From Cytophagales bacterium (GTDB lineage Bacteria; Bacteroidota; Bacteroidia; Cytophagales; Spirosomataceae), in the NCBI GenBank assembly GCA_013298805.1, contig JAAFIU010000003.1, positions 49-64,048 on the forward strand: a stretch of DNA of 64,000 nt, written 5' to 3'. The notes beneath the pieces were generated by a model. It searched no databases. It saw only the letters and a list, made by a program, of their open reading frames with translations, and was not told the origin of the DNA. How positions within the stretch are numbered: the stretch's first letter is position 1; each line of letters begins with the position of its first letter. Below, in pieces: positions 1 to 9,707 of this stretch. Made by a program: the position numbers and the translations under genes.

Positions 1-76
1 ATTATGGGGCATTTTTCTTTAATAATAGTATATAAGATGCTGAATATCAAACTGTTGGGCATTTGCCAAGTTACCC

Positions 77-425
77 TTCGTTAATCGAAACCCTCAAAGG
101 TGATTATGTATTGAGTCCCGCATACGACCTTATCAACACACGTTTACACGTTGATGATACTGATTTTGCTTTGAACAAAGGACTTTTTAAAGATGATTTC
201 CATTCAAAGCGACAAGAAATTACGGGTCATGTCAATCAAGATGATTTTAAAGAATTGGGCAAAAGATTGGGGATAATTGAATCAAGAATAAGCGTATTGT
301 TAGCCCCATTTTTGAGTAAAAATCCTTCGGCAGAAACGCTCATCAGCCATTCTTACTTAACTGATGCCAACAAAAGGGCTTATTTACAGATGATTAGTAC
401 GAAGCGGAATTATTTGATTAAGTAA
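77..425 (+). pseudogene. hipA: C-terminal fragment of a HipA-family kinase toxin, 5'-truncated
   Basis: SLIET..GDYVLSPAYDLINT matches the HipA C-terminal motif, but the preceding catalytic segment (DxHxKNF) is absent and there is an in-frame TAA at 33-35. Confidence 0.7.
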
Positions 426-706
426 TTTTTAGGAAAAATGCACTTAATCAAAATACCAATCAATAGTCTATATCAAAAAGTGTGACCTCTAATAAGGTTA
501 TACTATATCTATAATTATAACAATTCCATTACGAGGTTTGTCTGTAGTTTAATTATTTATTTCGACAAACAATGGATAATTCTATAAGTCAATTACTTCT
601 TCGTTCGTGTGGTAATTTCAAATAACCTCAAAAAATTATTACTATTTTTGCATATTCGATTTTGAGTTGAAACATAATAATAAAGGAGACACAAACAGTA
701 CGAGGA

Positions 707-2197
707 TTAAATCAATTTTTTCCAAGAGTTATAACCTTTTTGAGCTACCTCATTTGTTAAATCGGGAAGAATTTCGAGTGTATGATTTTGATTAATTTTC
801 TTAATTTGCTCAATACTTTCATAAACACCGCTTTTCAAGCCCGATAAATACGCTGCCCCCAAAGCTGAAACATCGGCATTTCGTTGTTTTTTCAAGGATA
901 TTCCCAATAAATCGACTAAAAATTTGATGACAAATTGGTTTTTCGTCATGCCCCCATTTACCGAAATTGACTTCAACGGAGCTTGCATATCTTGCTCCAT
1001 TGCGGTTATTACGTCTTTTATCTGATAAGGAATACTTTCCAAAGCCGCCCGAACGATGTGGTTTTTTGTCGTGCCGAAAGTCATGCCTTCGATGGATGCC
1101 TTTCGATTCATTTGCCAATGAGGGGCTCCCAAACCACTAAATGCCGGAATTAGATAAACACCAGAATTATCCGAAACTGCTTCTGCCATATCTGCCGTTT
1201 CAGCAGGATTTTGGAAAAGATTTAATTCATTTTTGAGCCATTCAATCGTTGAACCGCATGATACAATTGCCCCTTCCAAAGCATAATCGACCCGATTTTG
1301 CGTACTCCAACAAATAGTCGTCAGCATTCCGTTTGAGGATAAAATGGGTTTTTGACCAATATTCATCATAATTGAACAGCCCGTTCCTAAAGTTACTTTT
1401 GCCGTACCTTGGTCAAAACAACCTTCCCCAAAAGTAGCAGCGTGAGAATCTCCGATGAGTGTTGTAACTTTTAATTGAAGATTATTTTGAAACGAGTTTA
1501 ATCTAAAATCGTAAATCCAAAATCCAAAATCGTGAGACGAAGGACAAACCTCGGGTAAATTGAGATTTTCTAAACCCCAAAGTTTTAAAATTTCAGCATC
1601 CCAAGTCAGCGTATGAATATTAAAAAGTAGCGTTCTGGAAGCATTGGTATAATCTGTTTTAAACGATTTTCCATTGGTCATTTTGTATAAAAGCCAACAA
1701 TCAATTGTTCCAAAAAATATTTCACCTGCTTCAACTTTTGCTTTTAAATTAACATCGTTTTGAATGAGCCAAAGTAACTTTGTTCCCGAAAAATAAGGGT
1801 CGATAATTAAACCTGTTTTTTGCTTAATTAATGGTTCTTGACCTTTAGATTTTAAGTCTTCACAAATGGAAATAGAACGTTTGCAAGCCCACACAACGGC
1901 AGGACTTTGAGCGTTTCCTGCTTTATCCCAAAGTACAAACGTTTCTCGCTGATTACTGATTCCGCAAGAGGCAATATCTTGAAAGTCAAAGCCTTGATTG
2001 GCAAAATCTATCAGACATTCCTGTACAGAATCTAATACATTTTGATAAATATCTTCTGGATTTTGTTCTACAAATCCATCGTCAAAATAGTTGGTTTTTA
2101 AGTCAACGCAACCTTTGGCAACGGCTTTTCCTTGATTATCAAAAATCAATGTTTTGGTACTTGAAGTGCCTTGGTCTATGGCTAAAATATATTTCAT
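707..2197 (-). CDS. FGGY-family carbohydrate kinase (glycerol kinase-like; candidate apulose kinase)
   Basis: Motifs AIDQGTSSTK, ISNQRET, DPYFSGTK, IPAFSGLGAPHW; last gene of the sugar operon. Confidence 0.9.
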   Translation of the reverse strand: MKYILAIDQGTSSTKTLIFDNQGKAVAKGCVDLKTNYFDDGFVEQNPEDIYQNVLDSVQECLIDFANQGFDFQDIASCGISNQRETFVLWDKAGNAQSPAVVWACKRSISICEDLKSKGQEPLIKQKTGLIIDPYFSGTKLLWLIQNDVNLKAKVEAGEIFFGTIDCWLLYKMTNGKSFKTDYTNASRTLLFNIHTLTWDAEILKLWGLENLNLPEVCPSSHDFGFWIYDFRLNSFQNNLQLKVTTLIGDSHAATFGEGCFDQGTAKVTLGTGCSIMMNIGQKPILSSNGMLTTICWSTQNRVDYALEGAIVSCGSTIEWLKNELNLFQNPAETADMAEAVSDNSGVYLIPAFSGLGAPHWQMNRKASIEGMTFGTTKNHIVRAALESIPYQIKDVITAMEQDMQAPLKSISVNGGMTKNQFVIKFLVDLLGISLKKQRNADVSALGAAYLSGLKSGVYESIEQIKKINQNHTLEILPDLTNEVAQKGYNSWKKLI

Positions 2198-3156
2198 TTT
2201 TCACTATTCTGTTTATCAATAATTACAGCTACTAAAATGACCATTCCTTTTACCACTTGTTGCCAAAATGGCGATACGTCGAGTAAGACTAAACCGTTGT
2301 TCAACACACCAATAATAATTGCTCCTAAAACCGTTCCCATGATTGTTCCCTTTCCGCCTGAAAGCGAAGTACCGCCAATAACAACGGCTGCAATGGCATC
2401 TAATTCGTAGCTAATTCCTGCATTTGGTTGGGCAGAATCTAAGCGAGAAGTTACTAAAATACCGCCAATGGCTGCCAACATTCCCGCTACAGAATAAACG
2501 AAAATTTTAACTTTATTGATGTTAATTCCTGATAATCTTGCGGCATTTTCATTGCCTCCGATGGCGTAAATATAGCGTCCCAGACGTGTTTTTTGTGTCA
2601 TTAAAACGGTTATCAAAATCACTAAACCCGATATCCAAACGGGTACAGGAATGCCCAAAAACCAGCCTGTGCCGAAGAAAGCGAAGTTTTCACCTAATTC
2701 TGAAATTGGGAATCCTTCGGTGTAAAGCATTGTCAAACCACGTGCAATGGTAAGCATGGCGAGCGTTGCGACAAATGGAGGAATTTTGAAACGAGTAATG
2801 GTAAATCCACTGAAAAAACCCGACAATGAACCGATGATTAAGCCTGCTAAAATTGCTCCCAACAACGAAAAACCAATGAACAAATTAAGGGAAGGAATGG
2901 AAATGCCATTTTTGAGTAATCCTGCGGTAATTGCTCCGCTCAATGCCAAAACTGAACCTACTGAAAGGTCGATTCCTGCGGTGAGGACAACCAAGGTCAT
3001 GCCAACAGAAATGACAATATTGACCGAAATTTGACGTAAAACATTCCACCCATTATTGACCGTCAGGAATTTATCAGACAATAAACTTATCAAAACGCAT
3101 AGGATAAATAATGCGATAAGTGACTGGAATTGAGTTATTTTAGAGCGAAAAGACAT
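2194..3156 (-). CDS. Sugar ABC transporter permease (RbsC-like)
   Basis: GIDLSVGS, IPPFVATLAM, ELDAIAAVVIGGTSLSGG; hydrophobic. Confidence 0.95.
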   Translation of the reverse strand: MSFRSKITQFQSLIALFILCVLISLLSDKFLTVNNGWNVLRQISVNIVISVGMTLVVLTAGIDLSVGSVLALSGAITAGLLKNGISIPSLNLFIGFSLLGAILAGLIIGSLSGFFSGFTITRFKIPPFVATLAMLTIARGLTMLYTEGFPISELGENFAFFGTGWFLGIPVPVWISGLVILITVLMTQKTRLGRYIYAIGGNENAARLSGININKVKIFVYSVAGMLAAIGGILVTSRLDSAQPNAGISYELDAIAAVVIGGTSLSGGKGTIMGTVLGAIIIGVLNNGLVLLDVSPFWQQVVKGMVILVAVIIDKQNSEK

Positions 3157-3160
3157 ATTT

Positions 3161-3259
3161 TTAGTGATGAATTATATGATGAGTTATGAATGAAGGATAA
3201 GTAAACGGTCATGTAAAATTTTAAAATATTTATAATTCATAACTCATCATTCATAATTT
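3161..3259. repeat. Empty heptamer-arm palindromic element
   Basis: Left arm TGATGAATTATATGATGAGTTATGAATGA, right arm TATAATTCATAACTCATCATTCATAATT; complementary, 7-nt periodic, same family as the arms around 4826-5206. Confidence 0.8.
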
Positions 3260-4758
3260 AAAGAAATTGCTGCTTTCAAAATTTTATCTTCGGTGGCATC
3301 TTCTTTGCGCATTTCTGCGGTGATTTTGCCCTCTGCCATCACCAAAATGCGGTCTGCTAATAACATGATTTCGGGTAATTCAGAAGACACGACAATAATT
3401 CCCAAACCTTCATCTGCCAACTGGACAATAGTTTTATATATCTCATTTTTTGCTCCAATATCAACGCCCCGTGTGGGTTCGTCCAACAGTAAAATTTGTG
3501 GTTTGGTGGCTAACCATTTTGCTAATACAATTTTTTGCTGATTGCCGCCGCTTAAATTTTGGACTAATTGTTTTTGGGTAGAAGTCTTGATATTCAGCGT
3601 TTTAATATAATTCTCAGTGAGATTTTCTTCGGATTTTTTATCGACAAATAAACCTTTTTCTAAGTCTTTGAGGGTTGTGATTGTTAAATTTTCTCTGACT
3701 GTCATTCCCAAAATCAAGCCTTCATGTTTGCGGTCTTCGGTTACAAAAGCCAAACCTGATTTAATGGCATCAGCTGGATTTTTGAATTGACATACAACTT
3801 CATTTATCGTGATATTTCCTGTTGTATTTTGTGGATGTAAGCCAAAAAGTGTTTCCAATAATTCTGTTCTTCCTGCTCCCATTAAACCACAAATTCCCAA
3901 AATTTCACCTTTTTTAAGATGAAAATCGATGTCTTTGAGTATCGAATCTTTATTTTTATGAGGCGATTTTAAACTCAAATTTTCTACTTTCAATAAATAG
4001 TTTTCTGAAAACGTTGGCACGTTTCTTTGCATCATTTTGATTTCACGACCCACCATTTTAGCAATTAATGCGTCATGACTCATATCTTTTAACTCACCCG
4101 AATCAATGCTTTTCCCATCTCGAAGAATGACATAATTATGAGCTATTTTCCTTAATTCGTCTAATTTGTGAGAAATATAAATGATAGTTTTTCCTGAAAT
4201 TAATAAGTCATTTATGATGTTAAAAAGCACTTCAACTTCGGCATCTGAAATCGCAGAAGTGGGTTCGTCCATGATAATTACCTCAGAATCAAGCAATAAA
4301 GCTTTGGCAATTTCTATGATTTGTTGTTGACCAATTTTAAGGTCGGCAACTAATGAATTGGGATTTAGGGATAATTTGAGCGTTTTTAATAATTCCGACG
4401 TTTTATCAAACATCGCTTTTTTATCCAGCACGCCCCAGGAATTTGTTAATTCACGCCCAAGAAAAATATTCTCTTGAATACTCAAATACGGAATCAGATT
4501 TAATTCTTGGTGAATAATGGCAATTCCAGCATTTTGAGCGGCTTTTGTATTAACAAAATGGATAGGCTGATTTTTGTAAAGTATTTGTCCATCATAATCC
4601 GAATAAACGCCCGATAAAATCTTCATCAACGTTGATTTTCCCGCTCCATTTTCACCCAAAACAGCAGTTACTTTCCCTTTTGCAAAAGCAAGATTGACAT
4701 TTTCAAGTGCCGCAATTCCTGAAAATCGTTTGGTTATATTTTGAACTTGTAAAATCAC
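3247..4758 (-). CDS. Sugar ABC transporter ATP-binding protein (RbsA-like, two NBDs)
   Basis: Walker A GENGAGKST, IIMDEPT, LSGGNQQK, LLDEPTRGVD. Confidence 0.95.
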   Translation of the reverse strand: MILQVQNITKRFSGIAALENVNLAFAKGKVTAVLGENGAGKSTLMKILSGVYSDYDGQILYKNQPIHFVNTKAAQNAGIAIIHQELNLIPYLSIQENIFLGRELTNSWGVLDKKAMFDKTSELLKTLKLSLNPNSLVADLKIGQQQIIEIAKALLLDSEVIIMDEPTSAISDAEVEVLFNIINDLLISGKTIIYISHKLDELRKIAHNYVILRDGKSIDSGELKDMSHDALIAKMVGREIKMMQRNVPTFSENYLLKVENLSLKSPHKNKDSILKDIDFHLKKGEILGICGLMGAGRTELLETLFGLHPQNTTGNITINEVVCQFKNPADAIKSGLAFVTEDRKHEGLILGMTVRENLTITTLKDLEKGLFVDKKSEENLTENYIKTLNIKTSTQKQLVQNLSGGNQQKIVLAKWLATKPQILLLDEPTRGVDIGAKNEIYKTIVQLADEGLGIIVVSSELPEIMLLADRILVMAEGKITAEMRKEDATEDKILKAAISLNYE

Positions 4759-4763
4759 TTTTT

Positions 4764-5252
4764 TGAATGATGAGTTATGAATGATGAACTATGAATGTTC
4801 CTTGTTTACGCCTATCGCTAAATTCTCACTGTTTATTAACTAAATTCTTCTTTTTTGTTAAAATAGAACTTCTTATCATTTTCATAATTTCATCAGCATC
4901 TCTATAAATAGAGTTGAATTCTGTCTCATTTATATAGCCTGTCATGTGAAGTAATTCAAGCCAATATTGTGTTTCACTTAACTCTTTTTGAGCAATTGCT
5001 AATTTATGAATGAAATCCATTCCAGATTCTGCATTATTTGCTTCTCTCACCATTGCACCAGGATTTGTACCACATCTTAAAATTTGTTTTGCTATCACAA
5101 ATTCTTTTTTTTGATTAGAAAGAAATTGATAAAGTTTAACTATTCGAATAGCAAAATTCAATGTTTTATCTTTCAACGGGTTTGGTTTGAAATCAGCATT
5201 AATCATATTTTTTTGGTTTAAATTTATCATTCATAACTCATCATTTATCACT
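4764..5252. mobile_element. Candidate element: four-helix-bundle gene enclosed by inverted heptamer-repeat arms
   Basis: Left arm TGAATGATGAGTTATGAATGATGAACTATGAATG (4764-4797); right arm TTATCATTCATAACTCATCATTTATCACT (5224-5252). Mobility is inferred. Confidence 0.55.
4826..5206 (-). CDS. Four helix bundle protein (23S rRNA IVS-protein-like family)
   Basis: KQILRCGTNPGAMVREA..AES..DFIHKLAIAQKELSETQYWLELL signature. Start placed at the second Met (5206) because the upstream Met lies in the repeat arm. Confidence 0.9.
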   Translation of the reverse strand: MINADFKPNPLKDKTLNFAIRIVKLYQFLSNQKKEFVIAKQILRCGTNPGAMVREANNAESGMDFIHKLAIAQKELSETQYWLELLHMTGYINETEFNSIYRDADEIMKMIRSSILTKKKNLVNKQ

Positions 5253-5858
5253 TAAAAAAACTGGTACTATCTCTATCTCATTCAATTTCAAGTGTTTATG
5301 ATTTAATTCTACTGCGCCAATCAAACTAATTTGACTTCCGAGCGTTGCTTTTTTCTTCAAATCTGGCACAACTCTATTGCGAATAATCTCATTTAATTCT
5401 GCTGAAACATTGTTGAAATCCATCGTATTTTCAAAAGTCGTCATCGTAATGATTCCCGAAGCATCTCTAACGGCATTACCAAAAATGAACTCGGTAGCAA
5501 TGGAATAGGGCTTTCCATCCACATCAAAATCGAGCGTGTTTTCATTGATTTTAGTAATTTTACCCGTTGCTTTTACCAAAAAATAGCGAATATTTCCAAT
5601 GCCCAACGAATGCGCATATTGCTTAAACGTTTCGTCTGGATTTGCTTTTAATTTATCCGTTAATTTATTAATTGCTATGGCTTTATCTGTATTTGTCAGT
5701 ATTTTTTCTTGGTAAAAACTGTTTGCATAAACTTTTGTATCCAACGTATTTTTGCTATTTCCTTTTTTGACTTCATCTAATTTTTTGAAATACACAGAAT
5801 TATAAGCAACAACGCCAAGAATCAACAATCCAAGTCCATTTTTTAGTAATTTATTCAT
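5241..5858 (-). CDS. DUF2291-family membrane-anchored periplasmic protein
   Basis: N-terminal anchor; GNAVRDASG..F.NTMDFNNVSAELN motif; lies between the binding protein and the ATPase. Confidence 0.75.
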   Translation of the reverse strand: MNKLLKNGLGLLILGVVAYNSVYFKKLDEVKKGNSKNTLDTKVYANSFYQEKILTNTDKAIAINKLTDKLKANPDETFKQYAHSLGIGNIRYFLVKATGKITKINENTLDFDVDGKPYSIATEFIFGNAVRDASGIITMTTFENTMDFNNVSAELNEIIRNRVVPDLKKKATLGSQISLIGAVELNHKHLKLNEIEIVPVFLSDK

Positions 5859-5922
5859 CTAATTATGATGTTTAGTTATTTTCAAAGGTATTAGATGGAA
5901 CGCCTGATGATTACTTTGGAAA

Positions 5923-6870
5923 TCAAAGTTTTGTGTTGGGCGTTTCATAGTCGGCGATGTTTTTTTGTGTAACTAATTCAACGGCTACGGGCATTTTTTT
6001 AGGAAACTCTAGTTTACCTTTAAAATATTCGTCGGCAAAAATGGCGGCTGTTTGTGCCATCAATTTTGGAAACTGCAAACACGTCGCTGAAATCTTTTTG
6101 CTTTTAATAGAGCTCAAGACATCGTCCGCTCCGTCAAAGCCAAAAACCTTTACTTGATTGGCTTTCCCAGAAGAAATTAAGGCTTGAAATGCCCCCATCG
6201 CCATCGCATCGTTACCACAAAAAACCGCTGTAATATCTGGATGTGCTTGTAAAATCGACTCCATAACCTCCAAGCCTTTGTTGCGGTCAAAATCGGCACT
6301 TTGTTGTGCAACCATTTTCAACTCTGGAAATTTATCAACCACCGAATGAAAACCTTTGGAACGATTCCACGTATTATTGTCGCCCACCAAACCGAGTAAT
6401 TCCACGTATTTGCCTTTTTTATTCATGGTTTCGACAAAATATTTTCCAATCGAAACACAGCCTGAATAATTATCAGACAGTATTTGAGAGGTAGCTGCAT
6501 CAGCAGTATTTACTTCTCTGTCAATACAAAAAACAGGGATGCCCGCTGCTTTCGCCTTTTTTACATTCACCACTGAACCATCAGCATCGGTAGGATTGAA
6601 CAAAACGGCATCATATCCTGAAGCGATTGCGTTATCGAAATGGTCAGTTTCGAGTGCCGTATTGTTTTGAGAATCAAATATTTTGGCTTCATAACCCAAC
6701 TCTTTTGCCTTTGCTGAAGCCGCCTCAGCCAATACAACAAACCAAGGATTGTTGAGTGTGGAAATAATCACCGCCACTTTTTTGGGAGAAGTATCTGCTT
6801 GCTTGGTTTTGCAGTTACTAAAACCAAAAAATAGTAAAAATATCAAAAAGTAAGTAAGTTTGCGTTTCAT
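5923..6870 (-). CDS. Sugar ABC transporter substrate-binding protein (RbsB-like; candidate apiose-binding)
   Basis: [26 protein letters not shown]; signal peptide followed by a Cys (possible lipoprotein). Confidence 0.9.
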   Translation of the reverse strand: MKRKLTYFLIFLLFFGFSNCKTKQADTSPKKVAVIISTLNNPWFVVLAEAASAKAKELGYEAKIFDSQNNTALETDHFDNAIASGYDAVLFNPTDADGSVVNVKKAKAAGIPVFCIDREVNTADAATSQILSDNYSGCVSIGKYFVETMNKKGKYVELLGLVGDNNTWNRSKGFHSVVDKFPELKMVAQQSADFDRNKGLEVMESILQAHPDITAVFCGNDAMAMGAFQALISSGKANQVKVFGFDGADDVLSSIKSKKISATCLQFPKLMAQTAAIFADEYFKGKLEFPKKMPVAVELVTQKNIADYETPNTKL

Positions 6871-6879
6871 TTTAATTGC

Positions 6880-7953
6880 TCATTTTAACAAGTTTAATGC
6901 GACTTTTGAAATTCCTTCTTTTGATAAACCATAATGATTAAATATTTCATTCTGAGAACCCGTTACGGTATATTCATCAGGTATTCCCATGATTTTGAAT
7001 GAATTACGAAATCCATTTTGCATTAAAAAAGAGGCCGTTGCTTCGCCCAAACCACCATTAATCATGTGTTCTTCAATGGTAATGATTGGTTTTCCTTCCG
7101 AAGCAATGGCTTTTATTAATTCATAATCCAATGGCTTAATCGTGTGCATACTCACTACTTTCGCTTGAATTCCATGTTCAGTAGCCAATTTTTCGGCCGC
7201 TTCAAAAGCAGGCAAAACCGTCTCTCCCGTTCCAATAAAAGTTATGCCTGAACCCTCTCTTACGATACGACCTTTTCCGAATTGAAAGTTTTGGGACACA
7301 GATGAGACTTGCCGTCCGCCACTGATGTCTGCGAAACACAGATTTTCACGGATTTCGTTTAATAAATCTGTGTTAACCTGAGGTGGAATATCCGTGTCAT
7401 CTGTGTACCTTTTTGCGATGTCCAAAGGCATATTCTTTTTCCCAAATCGCAAATAAATCGGTTTGTTCAAGGCTGCCGCTTGTCGAATGGCTTGTTCGGT
7501 TTCAAAATTATCAGCAGGAGCAACTACGATTAAATTATTGATGGCTCTCAAAACTGCGTAATCATGCAAACTATGGTGCGTTGTACCCAACGCTCCGTAA
7601 CTTACGCCCGCACTAATGCCTACCAACACGACGGCATTGTCAGAATATGCCACGTCATTTTTAATTTGTTCTAAAGCTCTTGCCGTTAAAAAACAAGCAG
7701 GAGAAACCGCAAACACCTTTTTTCCTGCCGAAGCTAAACCAGCTGCAACACCAACCAAATTTTGTTCGGCAATTCCTACTTCAATAATTTGCTTTGGAAA
7801 TTGCTGACCAAAAGGCGTTAATTTACCCGAACCTCGAGAGTCGCTTGTTACAACAGTGATATTTCTATCGACTGTCGCAAGCGATTCAAGCGTGGCGGCA
7901 AAAACTTCAAGATTTGCAAGCCCTTGCGTGAGCATTTTTATATCGTTCATCAT
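6880..7953 (-). CDS. Transketolase C-terminal subunit (AptB-like) with an in-frame palindromic insert
   Basis: EVGIAEQNLVGVAAGLA, LGTTHHSLHD, TIKPLD, IEEH..GGLGE; about 39 extra residues in the interdomain linker. Confidence 0.9.
   Translation of the reverse strand: MMNDIKMLTQGLANLEVFAATLESLATVDRNITVVTSDSRGSGKLTPFGQQFPKQIIEVGIAEQNLVGVAAGLASAGKKVFAVSPACFLTARALEQIKNDVAYSDNAVVLVGISAGVSYGALGTTHHSLHDYAVLRAINNLIVVAPADNFETEQAIRQAAALNKPIYLRFGKKNMPLDIAKRYTDDTDIPPQVNTDLLNEIRENLCFADISGGRQVSSVSQNFQFGKGRIVREGSGITFIGTGETVLPAFEAAEKLATEHGIQAKVVSMHTIKPLDYELIKAIASEGKPIITIEEHMINGGLGEATASFLMQNGFRNSFKIMGIPDEYTVTGSQNEIFNHYGLSKEGISKVALNLLK
7293..7409. repeat. ACACAGAT/CACGGAT-type palindromic element inside the CDS
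   Basis: ACACAGATGA (7296) pairs with TCATCTGTGT (7397); AACACAGATTT (7335) pairs with AAATCTGTGTT (7364). Confidence 0.8.
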
Positions 7954-8750
7954 TAAGATAATTCTGAAATTGCCAATTCATATTGTTCCACAGTAGGAAC
8001 ACCATGATGCCATTTTATTTGATTTTCCATGTAACTTACCCCTTTCCCCTTGATGGTATGAGCGATGACAAAACTTGGTTTTCCTGCTTCAAATGGTAAT
8101 TGGTCGAATATTTCTTTTAATTTATGAGTGTCATTTCCATCGACTTCACGAACTGCCCAACCAAAACTTTTCAACTTATCTGCAATGGGTTCAGTGTTTA
8201 AAACATCGGCATTTTTGCCCGTAATTTGTAATTTATTGTAATCCAAAATGGCACATAAATTATCTAATTTGTAGTGCGATGCCGATAAAAATGCTTCCCA
8301 ATTTGAGCCTTCTGGTAATTCACCATCACCTAATAAAGTAAAAACTCGGTATGATTTTTCGTCCATTTTTGCCGCTAATGCCGTGCCTACACTGATGGGT
8401 AAACCGTGTCCCAATGCACCTGTATTTTGCTCTACGCCATTTACTTTACGAGTTGGATGCCCAATGTAATGCGACTGATATTGACAAAGTGTTTCAAGGT
8501 CAGTTTCTGGGAAAAAGCCTTTATCCGCCAGTACAACAAACAAAGCTTCTACACAATGTCCTTTACTTTGAATATATCTATCTCGGTCGGGGGATTTAAA
8601 ATTTTCAGGATTAACATTCATCGTATCGTTGTACAATACATTCAAAATGTCAATACAAGACAAACTTCCACCTGTATGACCAGCTTTGGCTTTATAGATG
8701 TATTTTAATATCTTTTTGCGATATTCTCTTGATTTAAGAATTAAATCCAT
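7953..8750 (-). CDS. Transketolase N-terminal subunit (AptA-like)
   Basis: GHTGGSLS, SKGH, TGALGHGL, and the ThDP motif GDGELPEGSNWEA..N. Confidence 0.95.
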   Translation of the reverse strand: MDLILKSREYRKKILKYIYKAKAGHTGGSLSCIDILNVLYNDTMNVNPENFKSPDRDRYIQSKGHCVEALFVVLADKGFFPETDLETLCQYQSHYIGHPTRKVNGVEQNTGALGHGLPISVGTALAAKMDEKSYRVFTLLGDGELPEGSNWEAFLSASHYKLDNLCAILDYNKLQITGKNADVLNTEPIADKLKSFGWAVREVDGNDTHKLKEIFDQLPFEAGKPSFVIAHTIKGKGVSYMENQIKWHHGVPTVEQYELAISELS

Positions 8751-8753
8751 GTT

Positions 8754-9626
8754 TTAGTTATTAATTGTCAATTTCTCCGCCAACATCCACTCATAAAAAG
8801 CTTGAATCCAATTATCAGAAGGTAAATTTTGATGATTCATTCCGAAACCATGTCCACCTTCAGCATACAGATGTAATTCAGGTTGCTTTTTAGCCTCATA
8901 CCACTTTTTGTATAGTTCAATGCTATGGTTGGCAAATCCAAAATTATCATTAGTTGCACAAACCAAAAACATCAACGGTGCATCTGCTTTAACCTCACTT
9001 TGAAGAGAATCAGGCATATAAGCATAAATTGGTGCAACAAAATCGGGACGATTGTCAGCATTATAATTAAATGCAGAACCCGCTGTTACTGTACCGCCCG
9101 CAGAAAACCCTATTATCCCGATTTTATTGGGAGATATTTTAAATTTTTCTGCATTTTTTCTTACGAAACTTATGGCATTTCTACCATCCGATATCGACAA
9201 TGGAATGGTAGCTTGATTTTCATCATCCCACTTTTTTATATCCTTATTTCTATCAAGTAATAAAGCAAACGGGTCTTTGGTGCTAATGTGAGCTACTCTA
9301 TATTTTAAAACAAAAACTGTAATGCCTTTTTGGATTAACCATTTTGCAACGTCATTTCCTTCATTATCAATGGCTAAAAAATGAAAACCACCTCCAGGAC
9401 AAACGATAACGCTTGTTCCATTGGGTTTTTCAGGTCGAAAAACCGTTACGGTGGGTGTTACAACATTAAAAACAGTCATTAATTTTATAACATTTTGATT
9501 GTTTTTTTCTTCTTGCCAATTCCAGTTTTCAGAACCTGGAGCTACACCTTCATAAATTTTATACTCTTCATTTTGAGCGAAAACTGCATTTGAAAAAAGT
9601 ATTATAAAAAGAGCTAAGTTTTTCAT
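8754..9626 (-). CDS. Secreted alpha/beta-hydrolase (carbohydrate esterase-like)
   Basis: Signal peptide, CPGGG oxyanion motif, GFSAGG nucleophile, GGHGFG. Confidence 0.85.
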   Translation of the reverse strand: MKNLALFIILFSNAVFAQNEEYKIYEGVAPGSENWNWQEEKNNQNVIKLMTVFNVVTPTVTVFRPEKPNGTSVIVCPGGGFHFLAIDNEGNDVAKWLIQKGITVFVLKYRVAHISTKDPFALLLDRNKDIKKWDDENQATIPLSISDGRNAISFVRKNAEKFKISPNKIGIIGFSAGGTVTAGSAFNYNADNRPDFVAPIYAYMPDSLQSEVKADAPLMFLVCATNDNFGFANHSIELYKKWYEAKKQPELHLYAEGGHGFGMNHQNLPSDNWIQAFYEWMLAEKLTINN

Positions 9627-9664
9627 AATAGAAGAATTGAGCGTATATTTTGAAATAAAAATCC

Positions 9665-9694
9665 TTAACTCTCCCTTATTTAAGGAAGAGTTAA
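9665..9694. repeat. Intergenic hairpin
   Basis: TTAACTCTCCCTTA-TT-TAAGGAAGAGTTAA. Confidence 0.5.
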
Positions 9695-9707
9695 AACTGT
9701 GTAAATT

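Noticed and set aside
426-706. Possible dif/att site or ncRNA in the AT-rich spacer
   Set aside because: Only weak imperfect palindromes; no convincing match to XerC/D arms or an RNA fold.
3161-5252. Repeats as a possible CRISPR array or DGR
   Set aside because: Units are 7 nt with no unique spacers and no cas genes. No reverse transcriptase or TR/VR pair is visible in the window despite the Avd-like fold.
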